Shown here: one piece after another, positions 25,518-28,490 of the stretch | Position numbering within the stretch: position 1 is the stretch's first letter | Layout of the letters: each line of letters opens with the position of its first letter | DNA from: a virus | Taxonomy: Duplodnaviria > Caudoviricetes | Strand: one strand, 5' to 3' | DNA: 28,490 bases | Virus record (IMG/VR): IMGVR_UViG_3300023055_000178 | Span: 1 to 28,490 of that record | Position numbers and translations under genes: made by a program | Notes under the pieces: generated by a model | Told to the model about the DNA's origin: nothing | The model's database searches: none | Seen by the model: only the letters and a program-made list of their open reading frames with translations

Positions 25518-26486
25518 TTACTTGGAGGCGTCACCGATCAGAGCAACACCAGCGGTGTGCTTGATGCTGGTGGCGGTCTTGTCCCAGTTCGTCCCAGTGG
25601 CCAGTTCGGCATCGGTCGGAGACTTGCCGCCGGCGGTCACATCCCAGGTGTAGCCCTTGAGGCCCAGACCGAAGGTGTAGTCGGTCTGCAGAGTGGTCTC
25701 GATCCGCTCCTTGCCGTTGGTGGTCTGGACGTTGCTGATGATGTCGCGACCGTCGTGCACCAGAGCCGCACCCTGGACCAGAGACAGGATGATCTCCTTG
25801 TCGGGGGTGCCGTCCTGCATCAGAGCCGGGGCATCGGTCACAACCGAAACCTTGCCCAGAATGTCGATCACACGGACGTTGCCGGCTTGGAACAACTGCT
25901 GCTGGTTGGCCAGGTTCTGACCAACCAGCTTGTGGTAGGTGGTGCCCTGCATCACCTGGGTGACCAGGTTCTGGCTCGCATCACCAAACTTCGCGTGGGC
26001 GTTGTTCAGACCGGCATAGGTGATGCCGGCGGTGGCCGACACGTCGTTGACGGCAGCGGCCTGGGCAGTGATGGCGGCGACGAGGGCTGCGATGGCGGTG
26101 TTCAGCTGGTCCTTCAGCAGGATCTCGGCGAACGCGCGGGACGCGACCTCGATGCCTTGAGCGGTCGGGCGCTCCAGCCAGGTCATCTGCGAAGGCTCGT
26201 AACGGATCGGGCCGAAGCCACCGGCGACCTTCACCGAGGTGTTTTTCAGCTCGGTCAGGTCGGTGATCGGCGCTGCGCCGTTGGCGGCGTAGCGATCCAC
26301 GCGGCGCTGGGCGGCTGCCAGGGTCTGGAAGAACGACTCTTGCAGGAAGTCGCCGGTGAAGCCGTCCGGGGACAGCACGATGGCGCCGCGGCTGGCGGCG
26401 TTGAACGCAACGAGCATCTGATCCAGCGTCTCGATGGTCGCCGGCATGATGTATTCGTTGAAAACCTGCATTTGCGACAGGGACAT
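25518..26486 (-). CDS. major capsid protein
   Basis: 322 aa after the scaffold, strongly biased codon usage, LGLKGYTWD and KHTAGV motifs. Confidence 0.85.
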   Translation of the reverse strand: MSLSQMQVFNEYIMPATIETLDQMLVAFNAASRGAIVLSPDGFTGDFLQESFFQTLAAAQRRVDRYAANGAAPITDLTELKNTSVKVAGGFGPIRYEPSQMTWLERPTAQGIEVASRAFAEILLKDQLNTAIAALVAAITAQAAAVNDVSATAGITYAGLNNAHAKFGDASQNLVTQVMQGTTYHKLVGQNLANQQQLFQAGNVRVIDILGKVSVVTDAPALMQDGTPDKEIILSLVQGAALVHDGRDIISNVQTTNGKERIETTLQTDYTFGLGLKGYTWDVTAGGKSPTDAELATGTNWDKTATSIKHTAGVALIGDASK

Positions 26487-26498
26487 GGGTGTATTTCC

Positions 26499-27209
26499 TT
26501 ATTTCAATGGAAGGTCTGGGAACCGGCTGGCCAATGCCGCCGTGCGTTCCTCTTTGGTGCCGCCGATGTTGCCTCTTGCGGCCCCGCCGCCTTTTCCAGC
26601 ACCCCCGGCCCCGCCGCCGGATGCTTTGCTACCAGCGATCAGCGGACCGAAGGCCGGATCGTTGGTGAATTCTGCTTTCAGCTCATCCAGCGTTGCCGCC
26701 GAGAGCTTGCCGGCTGCATCAAGCACAACAACGGTGGGTTTACCGTCGCGCTGCTCGACGCTCAGCCGGCGTTCGATGTGGGGAAGCAATGCCTTGGCGC
26801 TGCCAGGGACAGCCAGTGTGGTCGCGATCTCGGTAGCGGTGCGACCCACGGTCAGATCCCGGATCTGGCTTTGCAGGGTACTGTTGGTGCTTTCGAGCTG
26901 GCCGGTCAGTTCAGCCTCGCGGCGCGCGTACTTCTCGGACCAAGACTTTTCGAGCTCCTCGACGTTGCCCGACTTGCGGGCTGCCTCTTCGCGCTCGAGG
27001 CGAGCGGTTTCCTCGGCCTCTTTGCGCGCCTTCTCGGCCGCCTTCTTCTCGCCGAGCAGTTCGTCAACCTTGGCCTTCAGGCCGGTGACGTCTTCCTGCT
27101 GCGGGAGCCCGTCGATGCCGAGGACGAACTTGCCGTCCTTCTCGACGTACAGCGCCTGGATGGATTCGTCGACGCCTTCGAGGCTGTCCAGTTGGAATTT
27201 CAAGGTCAT
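26499..27209 (-). CDS. capsid scaffolding protein
   Basis: LYVEKDGKFVL, GLKAKVDELLGEKK coiled coil and SGGGAGG C-terminal region; start ATG 27209 with GGAG RBS. Confidence 0.8.
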   Translation of the reverse strand: MTLKFQLDSLEGVDESIQALYVEKDGKFVLGIDGLPQQEDVTGLKAKVDELLGEKKAAEKARKEAEETARLEREEAARKSGNVEELEKSWSEKYARREAELTGQLESTNSTLQSQIRDLTVGRTATEIATTLAVPGSAKALLPHIERRLSVEQRDGKPTVVVLDAAGKLSAATLDELKAEFTNDPAFGPLIAGSKASGGGAGGAGKGGGAARGNIGGTKEERTAALASRFPDLPLK

Positions 27210-27301
27210 TGCTGTCTCCCAGAGACGTTGAGCAGGCCCTGCCTGCAGGAACAAAAAGGCCGGCGGTTGGCGGGCCTAGTAGTCGATGAGCTAGATTTAT
27301 C

Positions 27302-27343
27302 TTGAGTGAGCGCTCAGGGAGCGATATATTTAACTCAGGGAGC
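27302..27343 (+). promoter_or_regulatory. sigma70 promoter with direct-repeat operator-like sites
   Basis: TTGAGT(27302)-N17-TATATT(27325); CTCAGGGAGC at 27313 and 27334 (21-bp period); palindrome TGAGCGCTCA at 27307-27316. Confidence 0.7.
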
Positions 27344-27387
27344 ACATTTTCGTTGCTCCTTTAACCTAAATAGCGAGGTAATCATAA

Positions 27388-27981
27388 ATGTTGAAACACC
27401 AATTCATTCTCGGTGAGGATGGCCAGCCAATTTTTGCCGTCGTGCCGTACGCCGAGTACGCCGACGTGTTCGGCACTGCGCGAGCAGCAGCGACCGGGGA
27501 CGCCGATCACCAAATCCCTCTCTCGATCCGGCTGCCCAATGCCGGAGCAAGCGCTGCCATCGATCTTCCACGGTTCGTTGAGTACTGGGTGCGTTGTGGA
27601 ATCCAGAGCCTTCCGATCAACAAGCGGGCTAAGCCGTTTCACGAATTCGAAGGTCGAGAGCTCTTCTCCTTGGAGGCGCTCATTCGCACCTGCTTCATCT
27701 CGGAGTCGTACCGCAACACGATGCAAGCGGTGAACGAGGTAACGGACCAACTGGTCGATACTGGACTTTTCCGCGAAGTCCGCTTCAACCAGGCTCGCCT
27801 GATGCCGGACCAGATTTTCCAGCGTGAACAGGCGATCCTGGAAGCACACATCCTCCCCTACTCCCGCAGCGTGAATTGCCTGGAGATCGTGTATGACAAG
27901 GCGAAGGAGTACTGCAAGCAGCATCCCGTCGCCCCCGACCAGAAGATACCGTCCGCTTGGTTCAATCGAGGCCATGCCTAA
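27388..27981 (+). CDS. hypothetical protein (197 aa), opposite-strand moron with antitoxin-like N-terminal motif
   Basis: GAGG RBS, own promoter and downstream hairpin; N-terminus QFILGEDGQPIFAVVPYAEY. Confidence 0.8.
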   Translation: MLKHQFILGEDGQPIFAVVPYAEYADVFGTARAAATGDADHQIPLSIRLPNAGASAAIDLPRFVEYWVRCGIQSLPINKRAKPFHEFEGRELFSLEALIRTCFISESYRNTMQAVNEVTDQLVDTGLFREVRFNQARLMPDQIFQREQAILEAHILPYSRSVNCLEIVYDKAKEYCKQHPVAPDQKIPSAWFNRGHA

Positions 27982-27987
27982 ACCACA

Positions 27988-28019
27988 GGAGCGCATGACA
28001 CAGTCGTGCGCTCCTTCTT
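27988..28019. terminator. long hairpin between convergent genes
   Basis: AGGAGCGCATGAC-ACA-GTCGTGCGCTCCT (13-bp stem, one G-U) followed by a pyrimidine tract. Confidence 0.65.
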
Positions 28020-28490
28020 CTACGATGCAAAAGCCTTTTCAAACGCCATCGGCTCACGCTCGCGCAGCTGCTTGAGGGTCAGGGTCTTGCCGTCGTCGTC
28101 CACGAACCGGTCGATGGACAGCTCGCCCTTGCTGAACAGCTTGTAGCGCTCAGGGCCGAGCACGTCGGACTGGAATGCAGCCGGCTGCCTGGCCAGCCAC
28201 TCGCCATAGCTGGTCTTGCTGCTCACCTGCTCGACGCCATCTGGACCGACTGAAGGCCGGGTAGACCCTGGGATCTCCCGGGCGAACTCGTCTTTCAGCA
28301 CCGGGATGAGCGTCGTCCGGCACCGCCAGTGATAAGGCGGCCTTGGCCCATCCAGCGGGATGATCGTCTGGTCGATGCTCATGCAAAACAGCGTGGTCCG
28401 GCTGTCCAGGGTGGCGATCCGGCGCATCCCCTTGAGGATGTCGTAGTTGTCCTTGAGGACTTTGACGCGCGCCGTGGTGGCGATGTGGTT
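28020..28490 (-). CDS. head morphogenesis / minor capsid protein (SPP1 gp7 / MuF-like), 3' part
   Basis: ATLDSRTTLFC and PPYHWRCRT motifs; the frame stays open to the window edge. Confidence 0.85.
   Translation of the reverse strand, partial: NHIATTARVKVLKDNYDILKGMRRIATLDSRTTLFCMSIDQTIIPLDGPRPPYHWRCRTTLIPVLKDEFAREIPGSTRPSVGPDGVEQVSSKTSYGEWLARQPAAFQSDVLGPERYKLFSKGELSIDRFVDDDGKTLTLKQLREREPMAFEKAFAS

Larger units (their letters stand above)
4526..28490 (-). mobile_element. lambdoid siphovirus prophage, late region and one att end (continues beyond window)
   Basis: Contiguous head-tail-lysis gene order on the minus strand ending at the tRNA-Pro fragment. Confidence 0.93.

Noticed and set aside
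25173-27305. 710-aa plus-strand ORF
   Set aside because: Antisense shadow of the GC3-biased scaffold and capsid genes; no RBS or recognisable motifs.
27313-27343. CTCAGGGAGC repeats as RsmA/CsrA RNA sites
   Set aside because: The first copy lies in the promoter spacer and would not be transcribed; a DNA operator role fits better.
28020-28490. MuF polymorphic toxin with immunity gene
   Set aside because: The C-terminal extension after HWRCR is short with no toxin motif, and the neighbouring gene is convergent rather than co-transcribed.
1-28490. CRISPR array, rRNA or IS element
   Set aside because: No regularly spaced repeats, rRNA-like sequence or transposase motifs seen.

Overview
GC-rich, Pseudomonas-like DNA with two parts. 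(1) 1-~4500 holds a sigma54-controlled catabolic module: a PrpR-like activator divergent from an NAD(P)-dependent oxidoreductase and a partial RraA/HMG-aldolase-like gene. It is followed by AT-richer degenerate DNA and the C-terminal relic of a tyrosine integrase. (2) From an att site made of the 3' half of tRNA-Pro(GGG) (4526-4572) to the window end lies the late region of a lambdoid siphovirus prophage on the minus strand. Gene order is MuF, scaffold, major capsid, neck and tail completion genes, tail tube, G/GT chaperones with a GGGAAAG -1 frameshift, tape measure, tail tip, fibre, endolysin-like protein and spanins, then a LexA-box-controlled umuD-like cassette. At least five accessory (moron) insertions interrupt the late region. 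The most striking is a self-contained two-gene unit (6027-7329) encoding a proteasome-beta/Ntn-hydrolase-like protein with a Thr1/Asp17/Lys pattern and a 66-aa overlapping partner. It is a candidate undescribed prophage defence or proteolytic system. All family assignments come from motif recognition and synteny, not database searches.
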